Counted from the first letter of the stretch, positions 50,991-64,000 are shown. The stretch is 64,000 nucleotides of DNA from Vicugna vicugna (GCA_013265495.1 MU058384.1:3829239-3893238), one strand, 5' to 3'. Numbers and translations are program-made. The notes: generated by a model from the letters alone, not told the origin.

Positions 50991-52759
50991 AAATTTTATA
51001 GACAGGTACAAATGACTACAGCTGGTTAAACAAAGATAATAAGATGATGGTGGCACCAGAGCCCACACATGCATTACCTCTGGTGAACAGAATGTATGAA
51101 AATAGATTTGGGAGGGTAGGAAGTCAAAGGAAGAAATTTTCAGAAGCAAAGAGTCCTCAGTGTATTCGTTGGGGCAGAGCTCCTTGAATGGAGGCATTTG
51201 GGGAGTGGGGAGGGATGGGGTTTCAAAGGAGGCAGGAGGGGAGTGGGTGGCATCAGGAAGTCCAGCTCCTCCCCTGGAAAGGGGAATGATGCTTTGGGGA
51301 GATTTGAGATGGTGGTGGGGGCTCAGGACAGATGGCTCCCATGTTCTATGTAAAGTAAAACAACAACGTGATGGTGTGTGACATTTAACAGATGTCATCT
51401 ACTCCTGAATTCAGGCAACAGTCCACCCTGCTACAGACATGGCATGAGGTTTGGAATGCAAGCCTTAAGTGCATAATTTCCATGTGTTTCTTATTGCATT
51501 TATTTTTGGGTAACTTGTGACAAACTGAAACGTAAGTTATCAAAAGAACAGGAGAAAGGATAAGAACAGGCAAAAAGAAAAACCAAACACACATATGCAC
51601 AGAAAAACCAATGTCTTCACTTTCTCTTTGGGAGAGGGGGGTCAAAGAGAATTCATTGGTTTACTTAGATAAATAATATATCAGAAGGTTGAAAACTAAT
51701 CATCTCCTTTTTCCAAGATTCTTCTAGAGAATTTAACTTTCTAAATTCAGTTAGAGAGTCTTTCTGATGCTTATAGGAAAGTGTCTTAAACCCTGATGAC
51801 TTAATATAGTAAAAAAAAAAAAAATTTGCTTGTGCCCAAGCTAGGGTCTAAGGTTACCTCCACCCACCTGGTGCTTTTTGATTAGAAGTGTGCTAAGAGT
51901 GACTTCAGTGTGATTTAGGAAGACCACATTGCTAAATGGTCAGTTTGCCTAATCCATTGTAGAAATGGAACTAAGGGAAAATCCATGGCTACAAACCACA
52001 GCAGAAGTGTCCCTTAATCAAAGCCTCTACCTAGTCAGCCAGTGACCCAGTAAAGCAAATAAAACCAGTCCACGCCTGGGCTCAGAGTGGCGGAATATGC
52101 ATGCAAAGGTGGTGAGAATTGCCACCCCAGCAAGAAATCCAACACTGTTCTCAGATATGCTTGGGCGTTCACTAGATTCTGCTGAAGTCCTTGAGAGGGT
52201 TTTGAACTGTTTCCCAACAGTTGTGTGGTTGTGTTCAGCCAACCGAAGCTGTGGGAGTGCATTTCTGTGTAACCAGGCAGAACTGATGGCTGCTCGATTT
52301 TGTTCCTTTATGTTTCCATTTATACAGGCTACTTTTTTTTCTCAGCATTTTGTTGCTTAATGTTTATTTGCTTGTTAGAGCAGAAATTGGTTTTTCCGCG
52401 GCTAATAATCTGTTATTAAAAAAAAAAAGAAACTGTTGTTACCTATTGCTTTTTTCCCAGTCTTCTGGAGCAAGTCACAAGGTAGTTGCTAGTTGGAAAT
52501 CAAGAATAAGAAAAGCTACATCATTGGACACAAGTTTCATCAAGTGTGTGCCCTGGGACTCATCAAATTTAAAAGCCTGGTGAAAAGATAGGTTACCAGC
52601 AGTCGCGTCCTAGTACGCATATCAAGACTGAATCCCAGCGTGGCGTCTAACCGGTGTACCTCGGCTTTCCACGTGGCATGATACTCTTCTGCGGCTGTCA
52701 CCAAGAACCCCAGCCCAGGAGAAACTAACACTGACCTGGCTGCTTCATAGCTCATGGAA

Positions 52760-54010
52760 TAGAGGGTCCGGACGCTCTCGCGTCACTTCGACTGGTCCTC
52801 AGAACTTCCCTGTCCCTAGCGCTACCAAGCGTCGCCGAACCTCCTTCAGACCTCCAGGGGCAGGCAGCCGCGGCCAGAAGCTCGCGGCCCAGGTGCCTGG
52901 CTCTGCCCGGGGCTCTTGCGGCGGAAACCCAGCAGCTTCGGTCAGAGCGGCTGCTACGCCGCACCTGCCCACGAGGGGGCGCGCCCGCACGCCGGGCCCA
53001 GGCCGCTCCGGGCTCGCGGGCGCTCGCTCCCTCCTCCCTCCGCCCTCCCTGACTGCGCTCACCTGTCTGGCCCGCGGGCCCTGGAGGCGGGGGGCCGGCG
53101 GGAGCCCAGCCGAGGAAGAGGGCGGAGCGGCTCTCCGGGCACGTCATCCGAGCACCATGGCGGACCTGGGAGCTGGCGGCGACAGCCACACGGGCGGCGA
53201 CGGCGCCGCGCAGGGCGAAACAGGTGACTGCGCTGTGGCGGCAAGCGAGGGTCCCGTGGGCGCGGGCGGGGGCTGGCCAGTGGGGATGGGGGGCTCGCAC
53301 CGGCGGCCGGCACTCCCCTCCCCGGCCCGGCCGCGGCCCGGAACGGCCGGCCCGGCGCGCCGCGCACCCGGGCTCGGAGCGCGCCTGCCCTCAGCCCTCG
53401 GCCGCCGCGCGTCGGCCGCTCAGCCTCGGCGCCCAAGGCCGCCGGCGCTCGGCCCGAGTTCCGGCCGCCCTTCTCCCGCTCCACCTCAACTTCCCCACAA
53501 CAGGTGGAAACGCGCCAGGGAGCGCGGGCAGGAGGAGGAAATGGAGGAACGCCGGCCGCTCCCCTCCCACCTGCCGGGCTGGGTCTAATTCAGTTGAATG
53601 GAGAAATCGTATCCCCCAAACCAAACCGGCAGCCCGAAAACCGTCAGCCAGGTGCGACTGGCAGGATTGTTCCTGCGCAAACCCTCCCGGCTTAACCGAT
53701 GCACCGAATGCGGGGCTCGCCGGACGCCGCGGGCGCAGCCGAGAGCTCCGGCGCGTGAGCGGCGCCCGCCCCGCGCCCTGGGGTCGGCGGTTCCGAGCCG
53801 CTCGCGAGAAGACGGACGTCGCGGGTCGGGAGGCGGGGGCTGGTTTTGCAGGGTGGTGGGGGCCAGTGGGGGCTCAGTGGTTCGCTAACTTGAAAGGGTC
53901 CTCAGAATTTATGTTTTTGGTCCGTGCACCCACCCAAGGTAGGTAGGAACGTTGGCTCGGCTCGTCAGGGTTCTGTGTTGAGGGGCCCCGCTGCCCCCGC
54001 CCTCCTCGCC
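52760..54010. promoter_or_regulatory. MAP7: CpG island / MAP7 promoter
   Basis: Abrupt GC- and CpG-dense block around MAP7 exon 1. GC boxes (gaggcgggg ~53084, gggcggag ~53120) and a CRE half-site ACGTCA at 53141. Confidence 0.92.
53157..53223 (+). CDS. MAP7: MAP7 (ensconsin/E-MAP-115) first coding exon
   Basis: Kozak gcaccATGG, 67 nt, donor CAG|gtgact. Translates MADLGAGGDSHTGGDGAAQGET, close to the recalled human MAELGAGGDGHRGGDGAVRSET. MAP7 lies just downstream of MAP3K5 on the same strand in mammals. Confidence 0.92.
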
Positions 54011-56984
54011 ACACAGGGGCAGGAGCTTACATCTCCAAGAGCATTAAGTCCTCCCCTCCCCCATCTTATTAGTGTGGACGATTTTCCTCCTCGTGATAGT
54101 TTTGAGAGACTACCTCGCAGGTCTACCCCTCTCTCCTACTCCCCTCTCCTAGTCCCCTGGTACCTTCCTACACTTGAGATGGGGTCGGTGGGGCCGTTTC
54201 TTACTTTACAAGGAAATTCAAATGGCAAACTCACCGATTGTGTCTTCTGCTTACATATAATCGGAAACAATTGTTTTCTAAATGTCAGACCTCCTACGCC
54301 CCCCCAAAAGGGGCATTGATTTAGACGGTATGCTTATTTTAATTTGAAAGATCCAGAAAAACTATAATAGTATTTGCAAGTGTATCTGTTCAGCTGGGTA
54401 GAGTTTGGGCCACTGAAGTCTAATGACTTAATCCCTCCAGCCAAAATACCTGAGATTAAGACAAGGAATCTTGAACTTGTTTACTTTGAAGTCACGCTAC
54501 TTCCTGTAGGGCGGTTTATTTATCTTAATGTGTTTGAAAGATTGGCAGGTCATTATTTTGGTTTGGGGTGGGAAAGGGGTGACTTAGAGTACATGCTTTT
54601 GCAATTACTTTAGGGAGTTTGATAAACTGGGGCCGGAGGTCATGGTCCCCCAAGTGAGGGCAGCAGGAGGGCAGCATCCTCACTGAGAATATAAATGGCT
54701 TGGTGCCTAATCCCCACAAAGGAAAAAAAAAAACAACTGCCGCCTCTGAAACATTTTTTCCAGCGAGTTAATACACAGCAGTTTATGCTAAAAAAAAAAA
54801 AGTAAATAAACACTTCGTAGAATCTGCACATGAACACCTTGCTCAGATGTGAGTGAAGTACAGACTAGCTAATTCATTGCCTCATGTTAACTAGCAAACT
54901 GGTGATGCCTCTAATGATTAACATCCAGATCAACTGTGTGGCTGTCAGTGAAATATTTTCTTTTATAAAGAGGGGAATTTAACTGGCTACCATCTTCACA
55001 GAAAACAATTCTTCCACACCTCTGCCTAGAAACTTTAGTTTCCAAGAGACAAATTTTATATATGGTCTTTTGAATAATTGTACTTTATCATTTGACTAAA
55101 ACTTATTTCTGGTTCATGTCTTTTTCCTATTTTTCTTACTTTTCTAGCCCTGGATTACCTTTCATGTTTCTAGTGCTCAGAGCATCTGTGTGAGCAGGTG
55201 CCAAAGAAAGAAGAAAGACGAAAAAAATACATATATTTTAAATCTAGGGAGCAATATTTTGAGTGAACAAATGAGGATTGCTTGAATTTTGACAACTTAT
55301 GAAGTTTTCCATGGCCTATACCTGAATATCAGACTTCAATGCAGTACTTTATTCTTACGGACATGTCATATTATAACATTCAAATGCTGCAAGTCATTTT
55401 TTTTTAAATAATCACAGGTTTGTGCTGAGGTGGGGTTTTGGGGGGTATTTCTTTTATTACTATCAAGAGGTGAAAACTGCCATCTCAAATGGCAATACTT
55501 GTTGATGGATTCATTTTATTCCCTTTTAAGAACTGGTTATTAGGAGATAGAGCCCATTCTTAAATATTTTTTCTCTTAGTTTTTCTGTCCTTGTGCAAAG
55601 ACTGGTCTAATTTGAGGGCAATTTAGATTAGAATCTCAGGTGATTATAAAAATAACAGCTGTAATGTGTTCGTAATTATATATATGTGTATGTGTGTATC
55701 AAAGATGTGTTGAAAATTGGTGATAAACCACCTATAAAATGAGACTTTTTTTAAGAATATTTAAAGGTACCCTATAAAAATCATATTTCTTTCAACATTT
55801 AAAAATGATATTTCTGTCAGCATGTATTTATCTTCTACTCAAAGGTAGTCAAATCACATTCTTGTGGTGAAGTTTTTTTTCCTTTTCTTGTGGATGAACG
55901 GTTCTTTCTATGTATTTCTTAATAACCAAAGGTAGGAAAGAACTAAGAAAGATAATTGACTTGGGAACAAGTTTTCAATTTCACCACTAGAGGATGTCAA
56001 ATCCTTGTCAGGTTATTATTTTGAGGAACAGAGATTGAAATTCACAAAATTGCCTCTGCCCAAACTCTGTATATTTAATTTTATGTTCGTGCTCAAGAGC
56101 TGTGACAGTAAGTGTGCAGAGCTAATTTCTCAGTGTAATAACTCCTTTTAAAGAGTCAACTGAATTAAGACCAAATTTAAAGCTGCTTTTGACTAATTCA
56201 TAAGACCACACTTTCATGCACAGCGAGTAAATTAATTCTTGTAATATGTGAATTCTTTTGATACTCCTTTGGGGGAAATGACTTAGAACCTGAAATTGGG
56301 CTTTTTCTCTTCTTAGTAGGCAGTGTGCTGGAAGGATGTGGACCTTTTTGTGATCTTGGTCACAACCCTTCACTGCATTTTTCCAAATTAAAAAGTGGTC
56401 TTTAAGGCCTTAGATTTCAGGATCTACAAATATCTGCAAATAAAAATTGTTAGATAAGGGTCAGGCTACAATTTGGTATTAAATTCATCTGTTTTGAAAT
56501 TCATATCTTAAGCTAGTAATGCTTCATTTGGGTGAATAGATAACTTTTTTCCTTTTATATTGATATATAATTTGATATCATTAGTTAGGCATGTGTGTGA
56601 AACACTAATTTACACTGGCATGTTCTCTAAAAAAAAAATTCTAACATCTCTGCCCCTGGGGCTTGAAAAATAATCATTTGAAAGGAGTTGTTATGTTAAA
56701 CACTCAAGTCTCATTGTATTGATGTAAGGATTGAAAATATTGAGGCTTAGAATAATATTTGACCAAGAAATATGTACCTTCTATAAAGCATTATGGTGGC
56801 TGAAAGGTTGATGAAGATGTGATCCTTGGATTTCGAAAGGAAAACAAAACCCACAAACAAATCATTGCAGGTTCTGAGGAGTTCAGCGAAGAAAGAATTA
56901 CTTCTAGCTGTGGTCTTTGATCAGGGAGGACATACCGGGTATAGTCATTAGTTTAAATTTTCAAATTGGATAAATGATATATAA

Positions 56985-58255
56985 AGTAGAATGGAGGAAA
57001 GAGGAAAATAAAGGTGCAAATGTGAAAAGCGCAGAATTTTGGTCACACTGAGTTGTGTGAGGCTCAGCATGGAAGAGTCCTGGAGGATGGGCAAGGAAAT
57101 TAAGGCATGGGGAGGCCAGATTGTGGAGTGGTCAGACTAAGAGGTTAGTTCACGATTCTGTGGGCAGTGAGCAACTGTTGATTCCTGAGAGCAACGTATC
57201 TACAATAAAGCATGATAAATTAGGTAATTCTATACAGGTGGATCTTGAAAGCTTGATTTGTGCTTGCAGAAGAACTCAGCTGAGCCTTTTAGGAAGGTAT
57301 GAGCCCTTTATCTAGGAAAGTTATTCTCTTAATTGATTTTTAACATGGGAATGGGGGTGGGAGGCTGCGAGTGCATGATCTGCAGAGTCAAGCAGATCAG
57401 CCAGATCTCTGGAGATCAGTAAGGGGCCCAGTCTTCTACCCAGGTGGTCCTCATTTTGAAGCAGCAGCGTAGACTGGAGGGGGGATTTAAGAAGGACGCA
57501 TTCAGTGACGTACAGACCAACTTTGAGGTTCCTGCAGAAATCTCGGCAGCATTGGGCCAGCACTATGGCCTGGCAGTGGAAACGGGAAGAGAATGGTTAA
57601 TTTAAGATTCTACAGAGGCATGTGTCAAAGGATGCAGGTAAAAAGTGAATATAAGATTCTACTCTAGGTTTGAGTTTAGCTTATTGGTTTAAGGGTAGCA
57701 TGAAAATAGTCGTGAGGAGGACCTGGTTTTGGTCGGAGAACTAGAAAAATTTCAGCTTTAAACATGGAGATTTGAGGTTCAAGGGAGACGCGTAAGCAGA
57801 AATGTTTAATGGGCAAGCAGAAGAATGGGGATAAGGAGAGAAAACAGGCTGGGACTCTGGGATTCACTCTGTAAGGGGAGCGTGATTGAAGCGACGAAAG
57901 TGAGGAGAGTTTCGAAGGAAAAACTGCTAAGGGAGTGAGACAACACTTCAAGCAAAGGAGGAGGCAGAGGCAGCAAAGAAATCGGGTGGAACAGCCAGAA
58001 AGTTGGGAAAAGTTTTATTAAGCAAAGCCTCACCTACCAAGGGAGAGGGACAAAGAGGTCAAGAATTCAGAGACTGAAGAGAGGAAAAAAAAAAAGCCAT
58101 TGGTGTGGTTACCAGGTAGTCACTGTCCACCCCCAGAAGGGACATTTCGGAGTGGGGGATGTACCACATTATCAGTGGTTAATAGCCCAGCAGCTGCAAA
58201 GGTAGCCAGTTTAAAATACCCTCCATGAAGTTCACTGGTGAAAGGAAAAAGTTTC
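56985..58255 (-). mobile_element. Degraded L2
   Basis: ttcagctttaaacatggagatttgaggtt; gccattgg...accaggtagtcactg. Confidence 0.5.
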
Positions 58256-58289
58256 AAATCCTTGAAATTTTTCTTATTAAAATTTACTT

Positions 58290-58925
58290 TTTAATTTGCA
58301 CACACACAAATTTACCAGCTTTTTACAATTCATTGAATCTTGTCAAATGTATAGTCATGCAACCACTATAATAATGATCCAGAAGTGTCTGTCACCCTAG
58401 AAAATTCCCTCTGGTCAGGCTTGCCTCCTACCCTTAACCCCGGCCACCACGGGCCTGTTTTCCAGCCTTCTGGTTTTGCCTCTTCCAGAGGGTCATGAAA
58501 GTGGAATCATACACATAGACCTTTGAGTCTGCATTTTTTTCACTTAGCATAATGCATTTGAGATTCAAACGTGTTGTTGTATCTATAGTTATTTATTAAT
58601 GGGTGGTTTGCCATTGTAAGGAAGTACTCCAAATTAATCCATCTACCCATTGAGGAATGCTGGGTTATTTCCAGGCTTTGACAATATAAGTAATGCTGTT
58701 GTAAACATTTACGTACAAGTTTTTCTTACTTATCTAAGGGACATACCTAGGAGTGGAACTGCTGACTCATATGTACGTGTATGTTTAAAAGAAACTGCCA
58801 AACTGTTTTCTGGAATGGCTGTACGACTTTGTGTTCCTACAGGCGATGTGTGTGAGTTGTGGTTGCTCTGCATCCTTGCCAACACTCGACGTTATTAGGT
58901 TTTGTTTTGTTTTTTAGCCATTTCA
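58290..58925 (-). mobile_element. Old L1 (L1MC/ME) antisense fragment
   Basis: ttcacttagcataatgcatttgagattca...aatgctgttgtaaacatt...tacctaggagtggaactgctg...aaactgccaaactgttttc...catccttgccaacact. Confidence 0.8.
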
Positions 58926-59899
58926 CCAAGTTCTTTGAATAAAGCCGTGTGATCACCTCAAAGTAAAACAGTGCCCTTCTGGATGCTAACTGGTGCGCAC
59001 TCGACTTGGGAAAATCTGTGGAGGCCCTGTTGCTCCCAGAGCCTCTGTGTAATATGGCATTTTTATTTGGCTCTAATATCACTAGCTTTTTCCCCGTAGG
59101 ACTTATTTCCTGAGGTGCCTGCATTTTGAAGTTGATTATGAGCAGAAGTGCTCTTATTATACAGCATGTCTCATACCAGTCCCAGTTCACTTCTCCCCCT
59201 TAATGTCTTCCAATCCCTTGAGATATAGCTTTCCAGAATTTGGAAATAACATGATTTTTTCCCTGCAGTTAGAAAGCTGGAAATATTGGTTGTGTAGCTT
59301 GTTTTATTGTCCTGATTATTAATTCCTTGTTGGCAGAATTTACGTCAAACTCAATACTTAGTGTCTGTTCTCAGTTACTGAAGTGTATTTGCAGGGCTTT
59401 CTAAAAAGTCTTGATAATGTCATTGGACACTTGATAACTGAGCATGGTGTAAGGTTCTGTATGCTAAATGTGAATGGTGTTTAGGCTTATTCTGTTCTAG
59501 AAAATCAAGTTTTAAAGTTTATCCAGCTCTTCAATGGGTCAGTGCTTTCTGCCTCTTTATTATCTTAACTCTTGCAAATGCTCTGACTTACAGTTCACAA
59601 ATTTAAATGGCATCAGATGGTTTTTCTCTATTCATTAACCACTCTTCTCCTTTGTTTCTTTATTTGAGGAATAGCCAGTTGAGAAAATCTTTAAGATTTC
59701 CTTTTGTTAGGTGCCACTTTGAATTTTAATTTGAAGAGTAATATATTTTTGACAGCAAGAATTCACTGCACTCAGCAGCTCCCTATCCTTGAAAGCTCCT
59801 ACAGAAAGAGACTTTTGAGAAAATGCTGACAGTTGACACACCTGATCAGATAGCTCAGATGAAGCTGGGGATGCAAAACTAAGAAGGGAAGCCACGTGA

Positions 59900-60021
59900 A
59901 ATGCCTTGGGTGGATGTGAACTGGGCTTTGCAGGAGTTGTTAGTAAAACTGTGTGTGTTTAATGCCTTGGGTGGATGTGAACTGGGCTTTGCAGGAGTTG
60001 TTAGTAAAACTGTGTGTGTTT
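59900..60021. repeat. Perfect 61-bp tandem duplication
   Basis: 59900-59960 is identical to 59961-60021 (aatgccttgggtggatgtgaactgggc...aactgtgtgtgttt). Confidence 0.95.
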
Positions 60022-60589
60022 AAGTTCAGAGTATTGAGATTTGGGGTATCTTAAAATCTATGAAAGCCTCATTTTTGGAGTTGACTTTCTGGTAAACAGA
60101 AGTATCCTTTCCTGTGGCATAACCTCCTACATAGAAAATTTGTATGCCTGGCACAGTTGAAGTAGAAAAGAAGCTATATTCCAGGAGAAGTTTAAATTCC
60201 AAGCTGAAATTCTAGAAAGAGTCCCCCTTCTTTTTTTCAGTGGCCCCACAGCCCAACACACGGCCTGGCCTGTTTGGGTGGCAGTAACATGCGTAATAAT
60301 TGGCTGTGATAGAAATGCCTGGCTGCTTTCCGAGATCTTAACCCAGGCCTCTGTTTCTCAGAAGCTCCTGACCTGACTCTTCAGTGTGGCAGACACACCA
60401 AACAGGGCCTGGTTGCCTGCTTCCCCCATTCCTGCTGGGTTGGTTTCTGTTCATGGTAGATGCTCTAAATCAGTTCAACCCAACACCCTGGTGGGTTCGT
60501 TTAAATATAGCTCACTCCTTGGGCGTAGGGTTGTGTTGCTGAACCGATTATTGAGGTCATGGGCTGGAGCATCATTGGTTCAGATCTTT

Positions 60590-60762
60590 GGATCTCAATC
60601 TTGGCAGTGAGTTAAAATCACCTGAGGACCTTTTAAATCTCTCTGCCCAGGCTACACCCTAGGCCAATTATCTGAGAATCTCTAGGGGTGGGAGCTAGGT
60701 GGCAGTGCTTTTTTTAAATTCGCCAGGTGGTTCCAGTGTGCAGTCAGGGCTGAGAACTACTT
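60590..60762. mobile_element. MER5-family DNA transposon
   Basis: ttaaaatcacctgagga...agaatctctaggggtggg...ccaggtggttccagtgtgcagtcagggctgagaactact. Confidence 0.75.
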
Positions 60763-61824
60763 TAGATCCATTTCCTAGTGAGTGCTCTTCCGTTTGACCT
60801 TAGGTTTAACGTGGAGGTGCCAAGTGCACCTTGCTTATGAAAACCACCTGGAAAATCGTAACAGCTGCTGCCTTTAATCTACCGAGTTTATCTCTTATTT
60901 TACTCCAGTAATTTTTTAAGGAAATACAGAAGTGAATGTGGATTATGCGTATATTTGAATAGTCAACTATATGTACACATATATTCAGGGACATAGTTAT
61001 GCACTTTTATGTATGAATATGTGCAGTTAGACAAAATGTTAGATCATTAGCTTTCTTTTCGTCTACTTTGCTTAGCTGCTGCACTGCCTTCCTCTTCCTC
61101 CTCCTCTAAACAGGGAAAGGTCAATTTTGGGTAGATAATTAAAGGGTTTTTTGTAGAAAATTACATACTTTTCCCGGAGATTTTCACGGTGACCTATGAA
61201 CTCTAATCACCAGCTGCCTGGCTCTGGGGACCAGCCTGTCTCTTCTGTCTGTAAATCCTTGGCACAAGGATGCCTTCTCCTCGATGCTCTCCCCTGACCT
61301 GATGCTAACGCCCTCTGGGCTCATCTCTCCTTCCTTCACCCCTCTCCTTTCTTCTCATTAGATGTTACTCTACCGAAGGCTCAGTCTGGTGACCTCTGCT
61401 CTTTTCACTTTGCATTTTTCCTCCAAGGTATTATTCACATTTACCGCTTTGAACATCACCTCCCAAGAATATCTCTGGCTCTTTGTGTCAGAACTCCTAG
61501 AGGCACTTCTGAGTTGCATTTGTGTGTGTGGCGACGCTTTGTGGCGCCATTCATTGGGATTTGAAGCCTTTCTCGGGAGGGCTTACCTTTGGCAGAACTG
61601 GTTTCCTCTTTTCCTTTCGTGCAGCTGGCATCTGCACAGTAAAATCCAGGACCAAGAAAAGGGCAGTAGGGAGTATGGCATGGGACTGATCCCTGAAGAA
61701 GAGAGAATCTTTGATTTTTTTTTTCCTCAAGATTATACTGAAATGAGCATGTGTGAAGCCATATGGTCTTGCTCTCAAAATTGATTACCTAATTATTTAG
61801 GGATAATACAAAACTATTACTTTT

Positions 61825-62030
61825 GTGCTGGGACCCTGGGGTCTGGTTGCCTGGGCTGCTATCTCAGCTCCACTCCCCTACTACTTGAGGGATGTCAGGC
61901 CAGTCATTTCACCATTCTCTTCCTCAATTTCTTCCTTTTTAAAACAGAAATAGTGATAACAGCTTCTCAGGGTGAGGATTAAATGAGCTAATTAAATGAG
62001 AACAAGTGCCTAACATAGCATCAGCATGAG
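61825..62030 (+). mobile_element. MIR SINE
   Basis: ctggttgcctgggc...ctcagctccac...cctcaatttc...gtgaggattaaatgagctaat. Confidence 0.7.
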
Positions 62031-64000
62031 GTGTTAAAATGATCATGGCCATGATTATTAAGCATTGGTAATGCATCACCATGGACCTACCCCGGCATGC
62101 TAAAGTTCTCCCGTAAACAAACTTCTATTAAATTGTAAAGTCTCCATAATAAGAGAACCAAAATGAAATGCTGACTCAGGCCTAACCGCAGCTGTGGGGT
62201 CACACGGCCCTTGGCTTGGCGCAGGCGTGGGCTCAGTGTCAGAGTGTCGGGCTCAGGTACGGGCCCTGGTGCTTTTCGCTGCACACTGACCTGTGAGATT
62301 CATGGATTGTGTTGTGACTGAGTTGGACACCCATGCCAGCCCTTCTTGGCTATTTGTGTTTCATTTTTATGGTATTCAAAAGTGTTTTTTTAATACTCTA
62401 TTACAGGTGTAAATTTTAAGTTCTTTCTTAAAATATTATTGCTATGGAGTTACTGCACTTTAAATCATAAAGATGGGCTTCTAGTCTTTTTAAACCACAA
62501 AGGTGGACTTCCCAGGTCTATTATTTCTTTAACAAATCACCATCACTTCATTATGTTTCTTCAATATGTTTCTCTATGAGGAAAATAAGAGGAAGCGTAT
62601 ACAACTGGCCTTCCTCAAGCTTTCATGAGAAAGTTTGGGGTTCCTCAAAGTGTATGTGTGAAATAGAAAATATCAGTACGCTATCTTTCTTATTTGTCAA
62701 AGTTTCTTATTTGTTAAATTTTATAAGAGACTTTCTTAAATTGCAGAGGGCTCATGTACAAGGCCTAGCCTATATTTAGAGTGTGTGTATGAGAGAGAGA
62801 CACACACAGGCGGATGGACATTTCTCCCTAAGAAAATACCTTGTTCACCTTGTAATTTAGATGTTTGTATCTTTAAAATTTAGTAACTTAGTAAATCTTA
62901 AAATGTCACTTCCTCAAGTGGGTCCGGGCTTCAGATGTCTTCGATTGTCTTTGTATAGTAGATACAGTGGTGATTGATTGAATTAGGCTTTATGCCACTC
63001 TTAAAATATTAAAATTTGTATCATTCCTCAGTGAAAAATAAATTAATATTGAAAATAACAATATTATATACTAATTCACTTAACACTGGAATAAACCCAG
63101 AAATTTATTCTGCAACAGTGGCTTCTTCTCTCCTATCATCTCTGAGGACGCCATTGTGGTGTACATGAAAAGGTAAATACGTACGCTTTGTACAGTGACT
63201 TTGCATAAGTCCCAGGCAGAGTGTCAGGAAGTAACATACTAGTAGAGCAAATGGCTCTAACAGTGAAAGAAAGCATTATAATAAACTGAGAAAAGGGGAT
63301 GGAGCTATTTTCAGTCCAGGAGAGCTGTGAGAGGGCAAATGCCTTTGGACAGAAAAACCCATAATGTTATAATCCAATGAAACCTCGCAGGAAAGAACAG
63401 CAGTTTGGCATTTGTGATTGAATCCTTGATGGTCCAGTAGTTCCTAAAGTAATCAGCTTTGAGAACACCATTACATTTGTTTACAAACCGATCAGGTTTG
63501 ACACTTTCCTGCTACTAGCTGAGCCTAGAGAAAGAAAATGGTCCCCAACACCCACCAACTTGTGCAACACAAATCGAAACCTGATACTTGATTAGAACCA
63601 TGTGTCATTGCGAAAGCGGTCAAGGACTTGTTCAAGAAAGTTCTGGGAGAGAGGAGGAGCACAGAATGTCAGAAGGAAGGAGAAAAAGGCTATTCTAAAT
63701 CTGGCTACTGGTTCAGAAATAGGACTTGGCATGTGGCATTTCGACACCTGTGCACCTGTGAAATGGGTGTTCCAAACTTAGCTGTGAATTGTGCAGTGAC
63801 TTGCTGCTTTACAGAGCACATTGTTGTTTTCTGTTATTGACGTACCTATCCGGAAACACGTTCGTGGAACAATCTGCAGTATTGCAATTATTTTTAAAAC
63901 TAAACAGCTTTGCTTACGTAAACTGCCCTCTTTCTGTTTGTAAACAGATAGCAAGAACAAGGTCTTCTTCCAGTGAGCTGCGTGAACTCCAGCTCTGAGC

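Noticed and set aside
52752..53946. Overlapping long ORFs (182, 231, 141 and 240 aa) on both strands
   Set aside because: Stop-poor GC-rich CpG-island sequence giving Arg/Pro/Gly/Ala-rich translations. Only 53157-53223 matches a known protein and has a Kozak context and splice donor.
55983..55997. CCACTAGAGGATGT, CTCF-like
   Set aside because: The 3' half of the core (GGCRS) is not matched.
53224..64000. Further MAP7 exons or alternative first exons
   Set aside because: I recognised no MAP7-like peptide with splice signals; this appears to be intron 1, though a non-coding exon cannot be excluded by eye.

Overview
This is mammalian genomic DNA, most likely from a camelid (alpaca, camel or vicuna), judging by several tRNA-derived Vic-1-like SINEs. 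It holds the last 16 coding exons of MAP3K5/ASK1 on the + strand (2099-46947). These splice through GT-AG introns into one uninterrupted 702-codon frame covering the kinase domain, 14-3-3 linker, coiled coil and SAM domain. The 3' UTR has only variant poly(A) signals. About 5 kb further on are the CpG-island promoter and 67-nt first coding exon of MAP7 (53157-53223, +), followed by MAP7 intron 1. The introns contain ordinary mammalian repeats (L1, L2, MIR, MER5/MER58, MLT1). I found no new protein-coding system. The most notable observations are: (1) a ~140-bp, ~84% identical inverted repeat in a MAP3K5 intron that I do not recognise as a known repeat; (2) an inverted pair of lineage-specific SINEs bracketing the 14-3-3-site exons; (3) a perfect TSD-SINE-TSD-SINE-TSD tandem duplication; (4) a tail-less internal L1 fragment with a TSD; (5) a 21-nt microexon with a second in-frame acceptor; (6) seven CAGGTG/CACCTG boxes in the MAP7 promoter. 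Gene and repeat-family names come from recalled sequences, not database searches. Repeat boundaries are approximate unless a TSD is given.
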